The notes below the pieces were generated by a model. The model was not told the origin of the DNA, searched no databases, and saw only the letters and a list, made by a program, of their open reading frames with translations. Source: Lingula anatina (taxonomy: Eukaryota; Animalia; Brachiopoda). From it: DNA of 64,000 nt. Below, piece by piece: positions 51,601-63,658 of this stretch. Position 1 is the first letter of the stretch. The number at the start of each line of letters is the position of its first letter. Where the stretch lies: contig CM120642.1 in NCBI GenBank assembly GCA_051362555.1, positions 20,398,001 to 20,462,000 of the forward strand, in the 5' to 3' direction. The position numbers and the translations under genes were made by a program.

Positions 51601-52047
51601 CAGTCGATACAAATAAAAGCACCGACCGCTGATGTACACCCATTTCTCGGGGCAGTAATGTTTTGGTGTGAAAGACTCTTTACGCATCACTGCATTTTCA
51701 AATAAAGTGCTGGTTTCTGGCAAATTACTTTTTGATTGATTTGAATCTGTTTTCAGCGTCTTGGATGACTTCTTGCAGACGGACATCATGCAGCAGATTG
51801 GTTGTTGACATGGAATTCTTGCCCAATTTGACCACCGACTCTTGCCATGGAAATGTTCACGTTTCGGAGGAAAAGGCATCATTAGCGTGCACTCCAAAGT
51901 AAACTCTATTAGTGGTTGTAATAGGGTCTTTTCTACAACGGGCTTTAAGGGTTGGGGGATTTCAAGCTCGTTGTAGCCATACTTTACTGGTCCGTACCAC
52001 TCAGAATATACAAGGGCATTTTTATCTGTCCAGCGTAAGGGTGTTCC
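48613..52047 (-). CDS. GRL101-like leucine-rich-repeat GPCR, large terminal exon (CTLD1 C-half, CTLD2, LDLa repeats, LRRs, 7TM)
   Basis: The 1094-aa ORF extends in frame to acceptor ttttcag|GGA at 52047. LDLa repeats (e.g. CDGEKNCLGGEDE, CDRVYDCTDGSDE), LRRs (LDLSYNRI, LILEGNSL, LNISHNAL), LGR hinge FSSCSDLL, TM motifs NLALSDLLMGVY, TDRL, FLCWVP, NSAMNPILY. Confidence 0.93.
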   Translation of the reverse strand, partial: GTPLRWTDKNALVYSEWYGPVKYGYNELEIPQPLKPVVEKTLLQPLIEFTLECTLMMPFPPKREHFHGKSRWSNWARIPCQQPICCMMSVCKKSSKTLKTDSNQSKSNLPETSTLFENAVMRKESFTPKHYCPEKWVYISGRCFYLYRLDSFGLLNISITDKTRYVAYSQSSHWTKEGKNSLTFKSAVEMCSSYGGAVAVFDASSFSDSKYMRYYHRIWAKETQWVNQSAILDTSDKLTNVKRFSEFVLPWFRTPSGNCALVSVASDELMSNSVMIMTSDLCLSDATQGSLFALCETALLTEKQDCSTHQYRCSDGTCISVRNVCDGEKNCLGGEDEFNCFCGSDSFRCTNESCIPISKVCDRVYDCTDGSDEDWCLFPVYSDQHYRCQNGQCSNISLIFERNPTTTENPNRHPPSPRHPGPCDNRVQCFAGPCMHINTKDDRYPDCPGLSQEDEPIEAIPYAKETSCESSTFSQQINFTYCPSLDQIRCTPGHTHCFPRHLACIHDKVQQKALNDCRHFEHLQQCQTYECPSMFKCPNTYCIPLRQVCDGEKDCPRGEDEDNARCTNYTCPGHFRCRGERQCVHQSEVCNGVVNCKHSNDDEAFCDINATLSNGCKHKGYFLDCTGKRLSSIPKYSPDIRGLDFARNNLSLWSKAFKGYFLLVRLDISFNNLKTIPPRVFLHLRNVLYLDLSYNRIAAFASDVFTGMINLQHLILEGNSLQMIEPGAFEGLGSLRILNLSFFNINVLSRDTFRGLESLSVLNISHNALSSVADGAFRGLPRLKVLDISGNKDALVEPEAFVELSAETLKSDQFGICCLAQRKGNVGVCFPPKDEFSSCSDLLQNQFLQVSIWVMGILACLGNAVVLIYWLRYRDSAASSILVMNLALSDLLMGVYLVIIAAADTSYRGFYASQATKWMSSGLCKFAGFLSMVSSEMSVVILVLITTDRLVSIVYAMKIQKMDTKASLLMTGLSWVVVVMVSTVPLIEVGYFKDFYGHNSVCLPFTLSRVEFGGREYAYVIFVFFNFTAFLFISSAYVAILRHVYQSRKQSGREETHRDVQLLKRVSLILITDFLCWVPVTVLGILSMAGVPINPEVSSWVAVFILPVNSAMNPILYTLANIKICGKLKKKKRETQMQTRNTCL

Positions 52048-52473
52048 CTGAAAATTTCAATTGCATTCACTATACAAATGGGAGGGAAAACATTAAAAAT
52101 TATTGGTTTGCGTAATACCGATCTTGTTCCGTTCTAGTCTCGCTACTTTATGAAAAACATGACATATATTGTTTATTTAGCATGTGGCTTGTCAAGATTG
52201 TTTCAAATGCAATTAAAGTAAACATAATTTTATGCACTAAAACTTTGTGAAATCTGGTGTCAACTTGAAAAGGCAGCCATACTGGCTGTTTGTCTAGAGT
52301 CACTGGTGTATATCCACATCACTTACACATAAATTTGTCTAGGAATACACTATGGGAAACTCGATATATTACCACGAACACATTTTAATCCTGCTGGAAT
52401 GTAAAGTCCTAAGGTACAGGTATACAATTCTTGCATTTTAGGAACGTAATTATACAGGTACTTATCGACTTAC

Positions 52474-53592
52474 CCCTGACAGTACTACTCTCGAGTGTAA
52501 CCCAATAAAAACACCACCAGTCATTTTGCAGTTGGTGGAAGGACTCAGAACCCCATTTCTGTTTGCTATTCTGCTGAGGAAGCGCATCTCACGTCTGCTT
52601 TGGATACTGGCAAGATGGGCGTCCTCCGCCACACAGTCTCGTTCTGCTTGCACCCAGGTTGAAACGTTGGGATAATTCTTAAACGAGTAACAAAAACCTT
52701 CAAAAAGTGTGTAACCGTCAGAACAACGTTTATTTTCCACTCTCTCCCGGGGAATGGCATCGTAGATTGCGACAATATCTCCCTGGAAACCTGTACATGG
52801 TGAAAGGGTAATAACCATTTGGTCCGTGGTGCCGTGAATAGAAAATGTTGTCGAAGTTCTATTCACGTGATGTTTTCCCAACAGTTTATCCACGCCTTCA
52901 TCAATGTCATAAAAAGTTAAATCTCCACACGTTTCCTCTTCAGGTACTTGAATTGTGACATTTAGAACGCGATCCCCCGGGGCAGTTAGGTAAAATTTAC
53001 ACTGACAGAGTTTTGACTGTGCTTTGATCCAACCTGATTGTAATCCGATGAAATGTGTACATGGTGAACTGACCTCTGATGAGAAATTATGCATGTAGAA
53101 CACATCCCCGGTAAATCCCGTAGCAGCTACCTCGTAATCGCTGCTGAAAAGCAAATCTAAGTGCCCCCTTGGTTGAAAAAGCAGCATGACATTGAAGATG
53201 TTTGCATGGAAGGCACGCAAGAAGGTTTCCTGGCGGCCGCATACTGGTCCCCAAAGAATGGCATGATCTTCTGTAATTACAACGTAGTCCTTGTCACAGC
53301 CAGGCGAATCCTCTAGGACAAAATGCTGAAAGTGAACGCCAACAAACCTTTGTCGTTCGGTTGTGTCATTGTTCAAAAGAATCTTCTGCATGAGGTTTAA
53401 CGGGTAGAGATCAGGATGGAGCTTGTCTTCTTGATTTTTAAAAGAGAAGCGATCTTTTGTCAGCGGGGAGACGGTCGGTGGCGGTATCGTTAGGGTACCA
53501 GGTTTGCTGGTAGAGTTTCCCAATTCTGATGACATCCCTTGACAATTTGTTATCAGTGAGACAGTCATAAGAAACTTTGTTCGAAGCGACAT
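52474..53592 (-). CDS. GRL101-like GPCR first coding exon (signal peptide, CUB-like region, CTLD1 N-half)
   Basis: MSLRTKFLMTVSLITNCQG is signal-like (upstream in-frame ATGs to 53721 also exist). CUB-like FQHFVLEDSPGCDKDYV...GPVCG. CTLD CSDGYTLFEGFCYSF...TWVQAERDC...HLASIQS...FIGL. Phase-0 donor GGG|gtaagt joins 52047 in frame. Confidence 0.88.
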
Positions 53593-56171
53593 GGTGTGGC
53601 GACGTGACATCCCTTGCCTACAATTAGTTTCTTTATCGTAGTAACGACTGTGGATACTCGCTGCAAAAATATATATAGGCTGTCCAGAAACGTAGATAAA
53701 TGACGTGTAATTGGACATCATTTTCCTCTCTCAGAAGCCAGGTGATAATTCAAAGTAATATTCTTATTGTTAATTGCCATTCGATTCGGTTTATAGATCA
53801 ATCTGCAAAAATACAAATGTCAAGTTTAAATAGACAGGAAAACTGACAACGACAAGATTTATCTCTTCTGGCCATTACTCTTATCATTATAAACTCTCGG
53901 ATGAAATAGAGTGATAATGTTTACGTGATTAATCATAATAAACGCTTTTCCAGAGACCATTAATCCTAATGACCATTTATCTACCAGTCAATTGTCAACG
54001 AAAGAAATTAAAAAGTTATTATCTATCTTTTTCGACAATTGACATCAGTCAAATTATGTGGGTTTGGAAAGGGTTTGCGACTACAGTTTGAAATCCCTAA
54101 TTATGTTCGGTAGGGTAGATACCGATCACGAACATATACATGACTACAAGTATTTTAACCATTTTTATGTAAAAAGTTAAGTAAAAATTTGTTGACATTC
54201 CACGAATTTGCTACAATTTCTGATCCACATCAACTATCCAGATTGCTAGTAATCTATGAGTTTGTTTCGTGAGAAAAGAAAAAAGAGCTCTAAACTGGTT
54301 TACTGTTTTTTCACAGATTATTGGCCTGTGACCTTATCTATAACCATGAAATTTAGCCAGATGTAGAATACTGGTAAGTGAATCTGATCAACTTCTAATG
54401 CAGAGTCACACTAATAATTAGCTTCAAGCTGGTGCAAAACCCAACACGTCAACTTGATAGAGAGTTGCGATATTGTAAAACTATAAATATTTGTCGACTG
54501 TGAAATATCTTATTGCAAGAATAGCCAAAATTGGTACTGAAGTCCCATGGATTTTCCCAGCAATGACGGAAAGAAGCTGTCTTTCGACTCTTTTTTAATT
54601 TCTCGATTTTTTTTACCAGATCTTCTAATTTTTTATTTCCTTTTCAAATGTACTAGATAATAGTAAAATACAATCTTACGTGAAAATGTGTAAACCTCTC
54701 GTAGGGAAAGCAACAAGAAATGCCTCAAATATCCGCAAAAGTCCAGATCCTTGATAACGGTTCATCTTCAGGTACGTGCATACGTAGCATGATTTTTGCA
54801 TTCTAAAATCTTAGGGACGAAATCTTTTCAAAATCAACAGGATGCCCAAATACGATACAAGATATCCATGTCAATAATCACTAATTACTGAAGTCCATTA
54901 CCCCCACGCGGCAAGCATAATTGCCCTGCTTGACGAGTAAAGACAGCCATAATGGTGAAGTATATGGTTTAAATTGACAACGATCTGATGACCACGCAAT
55001 AATGAGGTAGTAATGAATCCTGCCAGTTAAACCTTCATCTTCACATTTATCATGTTCCTTTAACTGTCACTGGCTAACTCATGTTAATCACATTTATGGC
55101 CGCAGTAATCGATCGAAAATATCAATTTAATTGTTGTCTTTGACATAAGTTGACCCCTTATGACCTGTACATGTATGTAAATGTTGACATATAAGTAAAC
55201 GAAACTTATCGCAAGGAGGGTAAAACTGGTAAAATTTAAATATTTGAAGACCTAAGGACAGAAATAGACTAAAACTGACAGTAAAGTAATCGGTAGATAA
55301 AAGTTTTATTCTTTAACTTGCTTAAACCCTTTTTTAAACAGGAAGCTGACCATTGTGCATTCTTCGTTCGCCCTAGAAACTAACCAGGTCACCGTTGGCG
55401 ATTCAAAAGGGGCACGGTGATTTCTAAAACTGTATGAAGAATGTTCGCGATGTGGACGCCATGGTCAGCGCAAAGTTTGGAACATATTCAAAGTAATCGC
55501 ACAAAGCACGTGGTGGAGGTTGGTCAGAGCAAGCTGTAGTTGAAGACAGGGGACACAAGCACTGCTTTGGTAACAGAATGGATGCTCAGTGATCGACCTG
55601 TGATCGGCATATTTGCAAATTTTTTTGTTAAACTGGGACTTGCTTGGGTATTTTTAAAAGAGGCAAGAAACTTGAAAGTAACAGCTACATGTATAAGTGG
55701 TCTTACATTAGCCCCTAAGCAGAAAAACGAAAGGGGGTTGTGAGACTTATGTCATATACTTCTCGGGTACGCAGTCAAACTTTGGAGAACGTCCGCATAC
55801 GCTCAGGGAGAGGAAGTGTTTTGAACGTGTTCATCAAACAATTTTACATGCTAGAAAAAGGATGATTTCATAAGCTGTGTGTATGATCGATTTTACGTGC
55901 GATACTCATGAAGAGTACGGTACGGAGTATCGCACGTGAAAAAAGAGGAGCAAAAGTTATCTAAATTGCAGGTACATTTAAAAAACGTTTCTTCAAGCCA
56001 GAGGTTCATATTTTCTTCAAAGCTGGTGGTGGTATAATCGATTTCACGTGTGGTACTCATACGGACCTACATTGTACATGTAGGTGTAACAGAGCTTAAA
56101 CTGGCTTTCAGCAGTGCATTCAAGATTGTCGATAAAAAAAGAAAAGCAAAACATTTCCCCTCGCTTGCCGC

Positions 56172-56559
56172 CACTGAGAATAAAATCGGAGTCCAAATGT
56201 CTCCAAACTTGGAGTCCAGCAGGATTTAATTGGTCCAATTGGAGTTAAGTTGACTCCGATGGAGAAATGCCATCTCAGACCCCACAGGAGGGTCACAATT
56301 GACTCCATTCACACATCCCTTCATCCCTTGATTTATCTCTACAAAAGAGTCACCCTGACCCCATATTAAGGGAATTTTGACAACAACAGTGACAAGGGGA
56401 GAAACAGCATATCACATCAGACTGTTTTGTTTCGGGACGGGCTCGAACCTACGACCTTTCACTCCAGAGGGGGACACCCAAACCACTAGGCCATGCAGTA
56501 ACATATTTTGTTTGAATAGCAATGACGAGCAGTTTGTAAATCTGGTAATAAACAGCATG

Positions 56560-56590
<31 letters not shown>

Positions 56591-57143
56591 CCACAAATAT
56601 ACTACTGAGTGAGCATAACTCTCCACTGACATGCATTGGTTGGTCAAACTACAACCTGGAAACAAAACCTGCTGACCTGTATACCAACATATCACATAAA
56701 GGGTGTGGCAACTGAAAGCCCGAGCCAGTAATAATTAAGTGCGCGAGTTCAGCACGCAGAAACACACAGAAAACCAATTGTTCATGCATAAAACCAACTA
56801 TGGCCAATAAAGTAATGTTAATACTGACAAAGGATGATAAAAATTGTTCTCTCCACGCCGTCTGCTCACTGCCATCACAAGTAATGAAACGAAGCTTCCT
56901 GTCCAGCGAGCGAAAAGAGTCGCTGAAAGGGGTCAGCCAGACACTGGCCCCCGATAATTTGACTCTGGGTTTAGAGTCAGATTGACTCCATGAGAGCAGG
57001 GGGTGATTGACTCTGATAAGAGAGTCTAAAGCTCTGGTAGTGGGGTAATTTGACCCTTATATAGGAGTCAAATTAACTCCATGAGGGTCAAGGGGTGCTG
57101 GACTCTGACTAGAGAGTCAAATGACTCCAATTTTATTCCAGTG
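56172..57143. mobile_element. EnSpm/CACTA-type (CACTG) non-autonomous element
   Basis: CACTG...CAGTG ends, 2-bp GC TSD, many subterminal gactcc/ggagtc repeats. Confidence 0.75.
56431..56498 (-). other. tRNA-derived (SINE-head-like) Pol III promoter fragment
   Basis: A box tggcctagtgg and B box ggttcgagccc at tRNA-like spacing; no paired acceptor stem. Confidence 0.55.
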
Positions 57144-60100
57144 GCTGTGAACATTTTTTAAACTGCAGGTATATCTAAAACACGCTGTTGTCTCATTTTC
57201 TTCAAAGCTTCCATATTTAAACTGGATTGGTATCATCGATAACGACTTAGGCGCCAAGAAAAAGAAACGACAGTCCCGTTTTGATATCCAAATCCATTAT
57301 AAACGAAGAAAAGTTTCGGGCACCCAATCAGGTCATCCACCCTATGGTCAGGTATTTGGACAGGGCTTATTATTGTAATCAGTGTCTACTGAAGTTTAGG
57401 GTAATATACTCTATATTTGGTAAGATTAACTTACGATTAATGAACTCCCATTACAAAGTTGATCAAAGAAGAGGATACATTCTGTTTACCACGCTTAAGC
57501 CGTTAGTGGTTTGTGTGCTGCGCGCTCTTGAAAGCGCACCATTGCTGATGCAAAGACTGATATTTTATGAAGTTTAATCGGCAATTTGCACTTACGTATT
57601 TATGGCGTTTTAAAAGAGGGTATTCATCTGAAACCTACGTAGACAAGGAAGGAAGTCAAACGTTAAAATTAAAATCGCCGAAAGTGATTAAAGTGGTTGT
57701 TTATGTTTTGAGCATGGCACAAGTGTGAATAAAGTATTAGAGTCGCATGCTGTGGTTCACCATAGCTATACGGGAGTGTTATTCCAATGAGTAACTATGG
57801 CATACCAGATATAATGGCGGACACGCTAGGGATAAATGGACAAAGTACTTCTTCCCGGTGTCTTGTATATGACAGAAAATTTATCCATCTTCAAATTGAT
57901 GCAGAGCAAAGAGGGCCAAACAATTTATCGTTGCCTCCCTCCCCAAGCATGTACATATCCTAAGCAAAATTCTAGAACCGCCAGTTAACACGATCTAATG
58001 AAGGCGAAGAACGCTTGGTGTTGATATGATATGATTATTATTTTAGATATTATGAGTCATAACATAAACTACTGTGAAGGCACACGCCTTCTTCTGTTTA
58101 TAACAACCAATGACTTTTTATTCCATTTGTGCTGTCGTCACCCGCCTTTATGAAAACTTATGAAAACAAATAAAAAGTTAAGATAAGATGACACCGAACA
58201 TTCAATATAATTCTTTACATGATGAGTTACATGTTTGAGTAATCAAAACACGTTTCTTCTCTTGTGGAATATTTATGTAAACGTTATTTAATGTAAATGA
58301 GCATTGAATTTATGACAATTAGGAAGGAAATTTTTGAATTTGGAGAAGTTTTAAACGCCTAGCGGTGTATATTACTCATGCCTGAATCGTTTTGCAAACA
58401 ATTGCAACATTTTGAACGACATTAAAAAAATACTAATAGCTTTTTTTAGTTGCGTATTCAGATGTTTGTGGAAGGGAAATACTTATTTGTGCATACTGTG
58501 GTCAAATCAACAAAACATAATCTCGGTTGGTCTTGCAGCGTGACAAGAATGAAAGAAAATTTAAAGCGAACACCGGTAAAATACGAAAAAATTTATTTTA
58601 CTATGAAATCAATGAAACCTTCGGATGCGCATTCATATTTAAAACAGTGTAGCAGAGAAAAGAAAATGAAAGAATATTCTCACAGGAATCAGACATTTCT
58701 TGTCTACAAACTAAAGTGATCAAATTTGAAACATTTTGTGTCCTGAAAGTGAAATACTTACTCAGTGAAATACTTACTCTCCTCGTAACTTTTTTTTGTC
58801 TTTGGAGCATTATAGTGAAAAAACAAGTACATCTAGAACCCCCGTTAAGCAATGGAATTTATATATATATATATGTGTGATACACTTTCGTCAGATATGA
58901 AAACTAATAACCTTTAGACACACTGTACTTACATGTGTACATGTAACATAACAGTAAGGTCTATCTTCTAGTGAAAATGTCAAAAACATTACCAGCTTAC
59001 TCGCCCTAGCTTCACAGTACCAGACTTGAATTCATTATCTTTGCGATTATATTACAATCACATAAAAGTCAAACTAATGCTCTTTTAAGGCATTACTGTC
59101 AAATAAAAAGTTACAAATGAATCCGCTTTTGGATAACATAAAGACACGAAGGTATAACTTTCAGTAATACATGTAGGTAACTGCGTTCGGTGTCATTGCT
59201 ACAATGTACTTCGACACAGAAAAATACATGTACATTGGTTCACACATCTTGTATCTGATATTTATTTTTCACAGACAAAATAACTATCAATGAAAGTGGA
59301 TATTCCCCTTACTTATCAACATCAATAAAACACAGGAGGCTACAGGTTATAATAAAGGGTGGGGGTATCCAAATGGTACCATGAATCCTAATATGCTGAG
59401 AGTCATAAGGTTCATTTGTAAAATATGTTGTCAGTCCCCAAGCAGAACGGACAATGTTTTAATCGTCATTTAAGTAGAGGTAATATCGCACGTTAGCATG
59501 ACCGAGCTGTATAATGTTTAGTGTTGTAAAAATTCACGCTTAATGCGCATTGTGGCATTCTATTAATGGGCAATGACGGAATCTACCAAGCGAGTCACAT
59601 CTCCCCTATGTAAGGAGTGTTAAGATCGTATAAAACCTGTGTCATTAGCTGGCAATTACTTACGTACTGGGGCCAAAAGACAAGCACGCATCTCGGCGCG
59701 TTGTAGGAAGAAATGAGCAACGTTTCCACATAAAAGGGATTTAAGTACAGAAATCTGGTGCGGCTATCTACAGAACAAGTAGGTGTTTTAGTACTTTATT
59801 AAAGATTCCACACTTAAAAGAAAGGCATCGACTTATATGCATTTCTGATTGTCTTTTAATCATTTAAATCACCCATAACCACCTTAACCTTATCATGCTT
59901 CGAAAAAGTTGAAATGCACCAAAGGAAAAACAGCTGTATGTAATGTTGAACTAAACGATGTTTTCATGGCATTTTTCTATTTGCTGCCGAAGATCAAGCA
60001 AAATGAAATGCGATAACTTTTACTTCCTTCCGTCTCATTAAGTGCATTATTCTATCACAGACGCACTTTGGATGGTCAAAAAGTTAATCAGTTGAGTTAA

Positions 60101-62710
60101 TGATTTTATTGAAAGAAACTTACTGAAAGAAACAAGAAATAGATGTCCCATGAAAAATAATTCAGACTCCATTTGTTATGAAAGTTTAAAGTCCCATAAG
60201 GAGGCCTTTGTGTAGCTTCACTCTGAACGGATTTCAAAAGTTGGCATAGATAACGTCTCTGGATTCACTCTTTTGTACAGGCGAAAGACGAAATTTGATT
60301 CACACAGAAAGTTGTTGGAAGTATGCTTAAATAATAGTCCACTTAATCAAGAAAGAGACAAAACATTACTATATCCATTACAATATGCTGATAAATATAA
60401 GTCAACAAGAAAAAAGTAAATTAGAATAAGGCAGTTATATCTTCAAATATTGTTGTTAAGCGATTTTGCATTTAAAAGTACATTTTGCTTTGAACATTGT
60501 CGTAATCGTTTGTCATACCTATGACATACCGGCCTAACTGCCCAATAATAAAACACCTTGAGCATTGTTGCAATAAATAAAGTACCGTCCAAGCAACCAT
60601 TTACGGGCTAGAAGGACAAGAAATCAGATGTATAGCCAGCCAATGTTACATTTCAAGTTTGGAGGGAGCATATTTTTTAAGTACACATGTATTAACTCCA
60701 AATATTTGGCAATCTTAAAACTCGGCATAAAGTTTGTCTCGAACAAATTTTCTGGACCGATGTTTTTTCTTCGGACTTTTCTGAAACCAACATTGCCTAA
60801 CCGGTCGGATTTTTGTGTCCCAGTTATCGAAGCCAAATTAATTCAGTTACCTAGTGCGCCCAAAAAACCACCATCTATATATAATGTAAAACCGAATAAA
60901 CGCCTTCCAGAACACTTGAAGTCCAATATCTAGTCCAAAATTTAATAAGTGTTGGTTCCAATACGTTTGAACACATGGATACTCGGAATTATCACTTGGG
61001 GACAATCGAAGAAGCCTATTGTATGTTTTATCGCATTTTTAAGTCGACGGGTTGTCTTTTCATTTTCATTAATTTAATAGAACAGCAGGATCATCTTTCC
61101 ATTGTGAAGGACATCGAGGTGTATACAGAGACAGCAATACATGTATATGATATTGATATATTATATCAATATCATACATGGATATTGATATGAAATATCA
61201 GTATCATATTTTGATATGTTTTCAATAGAAATATTAGAGGATTCGAATATTTGAATGCACGGACCATAGAAAAATAAAACAACGAGACACAGAGATAGAA
61301 CGGAAGGAAACTCTTACATGCATCATCTCCGTCTGAATATTCAGAGGCAGAATTAGGGGGTGGGGGACAGGAAATCCTGACCCCCTTGCGGTATTTGAAA
61401 AAAAAAAAAAAACAGAAAAAAGAGAATTTTGACAAGCTGCATCATAGGTCCAAATGCCGTACCAAATGCCATTGTTTGCCCTCCAAAACACCAACATTTT
61501 TCGGAGCCCATGAGTAGCCAAGGGGGCGTGGAACTGCTTCCCATCTGAGGCCTGTCATTCCTGAAAAAAAAACACCCCCTATCAAATAATCCTATACAAT
61601 ATACCTATACAATAATCCTATAAAATACAAGGGGTGGCCCTTGTATAATACATGCTGGACGCCCAAAACTGAAAACACCAAAGTGCTAGTAAGACCAGCC
61701 GGCTTTTGTAGACAGTCAAATGTTCTTTATACTTCCATATGCTACGACCTTCATTTAAAGAAAGTGTTCACTCACAGCATATACGGGGTATACAGGTATG
61801 TTGAAGCTGCAACATACACTTCACTGCTAAAAGCATACCCACATCATGCACTACCCAGAATGATAGATGAAAATGCAATTTAGTTCAATACGTTTTTTTA
61901 CATTGTTTACGACGGTTGGTACATTTTGAACAGCGCAGCGCACAGGCTACAAAAACGTCTTTTACTCGACTAAACTGAAAAACGTTATGTTGGCCGAACT
62001 TCACGTCAAAAGATTTTCCTCCTTCAGCCTGCTTTAGTTGTTTCAATTTCCAGGTAGGCTTACGTTTGTTTGTGGCCTGGAAAGAAGGTACGTTCATTTA
62101 ACACTACGCCACGATACTCTAAAACCTGAGGTATGGAGTATTTTAGGACTAAGCAGTGGTGAATGCATCTGCCAAAAAGACACTTAAAGTAAATTACAGG
62201 GACTGTAAATGGCGATTTAGTGTTTACCAAATATAATTAACGCATTTCCCTAAAACGCCTATAATTTTCTAGTTGGCTGCCGGTGATCAATTGTGTTACA
62301 AGTCCATTTTTCTTCATTTGCGTAGGATGGTGACATGTAAAACTTTCTTTTTCATTGGCATAAAAATGCAATTGTTACGCAGGTGTGGTGATTTCATGAC
62401 TTGATGAAACGTGCCCTTAAACATGATAGGCCTACATGGTACAGGTTTTCTAAAAGGAAACGTATTGGTATGGTTTCGTGAAAAAGAACCGTTTATGGAG
62501 TGTAATGGATGTAATGGAGAGGATATGTATACATAAAAACAAGAAGAAATAGCTATTGTCCTTCGGTGCAGTTTGGAGAATTTTGCAATGACCGCGGGGG
62601 AGGGGGGGGGGGCATTGATCACACTTGTCTGTCCCTTTGCTAAAAATATACAGGTAGGCTGAATTCGCCATTTTGGAAAAAGGAGTTGCTTGCATCCTAC
62701 TTTCGTTGCC

Positions 62711-62899
62711 TGTGACAACCCGATATGTCCGACAGGCCAGATATGTCGGACACAACTGGCTCTTTTTTGTCGGACATATTTGGCCTGTCGGACACATCTG
62801 GCTCTTTTTTTGTCGGACATATCTGGCCTGTCGGACATATCTGGCTTGTTCTCTGGTCGTAGGACATATCTGGCCTATCGGACATATCGGGTCGTCACA
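62711..62899. mobile_element. MITE with tgtccgaca sub-repeats
   Basis: TIR tgtgacaacccgatatgtccgacagg / cctatcggacatatcgggtcgtcaca; flanks gttgcc / gtcgcc. Confidence 0.75.
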
Positions 62900-62994
62900 G
62901 TCGCCTCCTAAAGTAATATATGTATTCTGTCTTAGAGGCATTAAATTATATCAACATGACTTTTCCATATTTTTTCATGTTTTATTTATTTTTC

Positions 62995-63036
<42 letters not shown>

Positions 63037-63055
63037 GTGCATCACGCAGACAGCA

Positions 63056-63167
63056 ATGGCAAGCAGAAAAAGCCTCTTAGCTGTGGTCACTGTGCTGTTT
63101 TGGACATCACTGGTCGCAAGCCCTCTGCAGAGTTTTATTCATCATATAAATAAAAGACAGCTTGGTG
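63056..63167 (+). CDS. Exon 1 of a secreted C-type-lectin-like protein (MASRKSLLAVVTVLFWTSLVASPLQSFIHHINKRQLG)
   Basis: ATG in good context, hydrophobic signal peptide, donor g|gtaagt. Confidence 0.75.
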
Positions 63168-63658
63168 GTAAGTAAATGCGTTTTTGATAATGAAGCTTGC
63201 CTGATCTTTCTGTGTATGTGTGTGTGGCCCTTGCTGTCAAATTACTCGTCTAGTTTTACTTCACGACGACACCCGCACAAGTTTTGTACTAAAGTAGGCC
63301 TATTTCATGTGAGTTCTCTCTACCTGTGAACTATACAGTATATCTTAATAACTCAGGTTACGTTAAATAATTGGTATGCATCTTTCTTTTCAATACGGGC
63401 ATATTTTTATCCAATGGTTTCATTCAGTTTCTTCTCCCCATGTGAAAGAGAATGCATCACTTTTCTAAAGTCACTAAGTGCAAGTGAAAACCTTCCGCCA
63501 TATTGAGTCTCTTTGGCAAAGAAATTCATGCAGGTGTCTTGTGGGATACGAAACGTTGGAATGGTAGTAACTCTGATATTTAGCTGTTGTTGGAAGAACC
63601 TAACATTATAAGTTTTGGTCTCTGAATTTCAAATGAAAAATAAGCCATCAAATTACAG

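Noticed and set aside
48623-52115. Plus-strand ORFs overlapping the GPCR
   Set aside because: Antisense shadows of a long coding exon.
48613-53592. Assigning RXFP1/2 or GRL101 as a gene symbol
   Set aside because: Family membership is clear, but orthology needs a phylogeny and the ectodomain differs from both.
56431-56498. Functional tRNA gene
   Set aside because: A and B boxes are present but the acceptor and anticodon stems do not pair.
62314-63153. 135-174 aa ORFs with repeats
   Set aside because: Derived from a MITE with internal sub-repeats and an (ATT)n tract.
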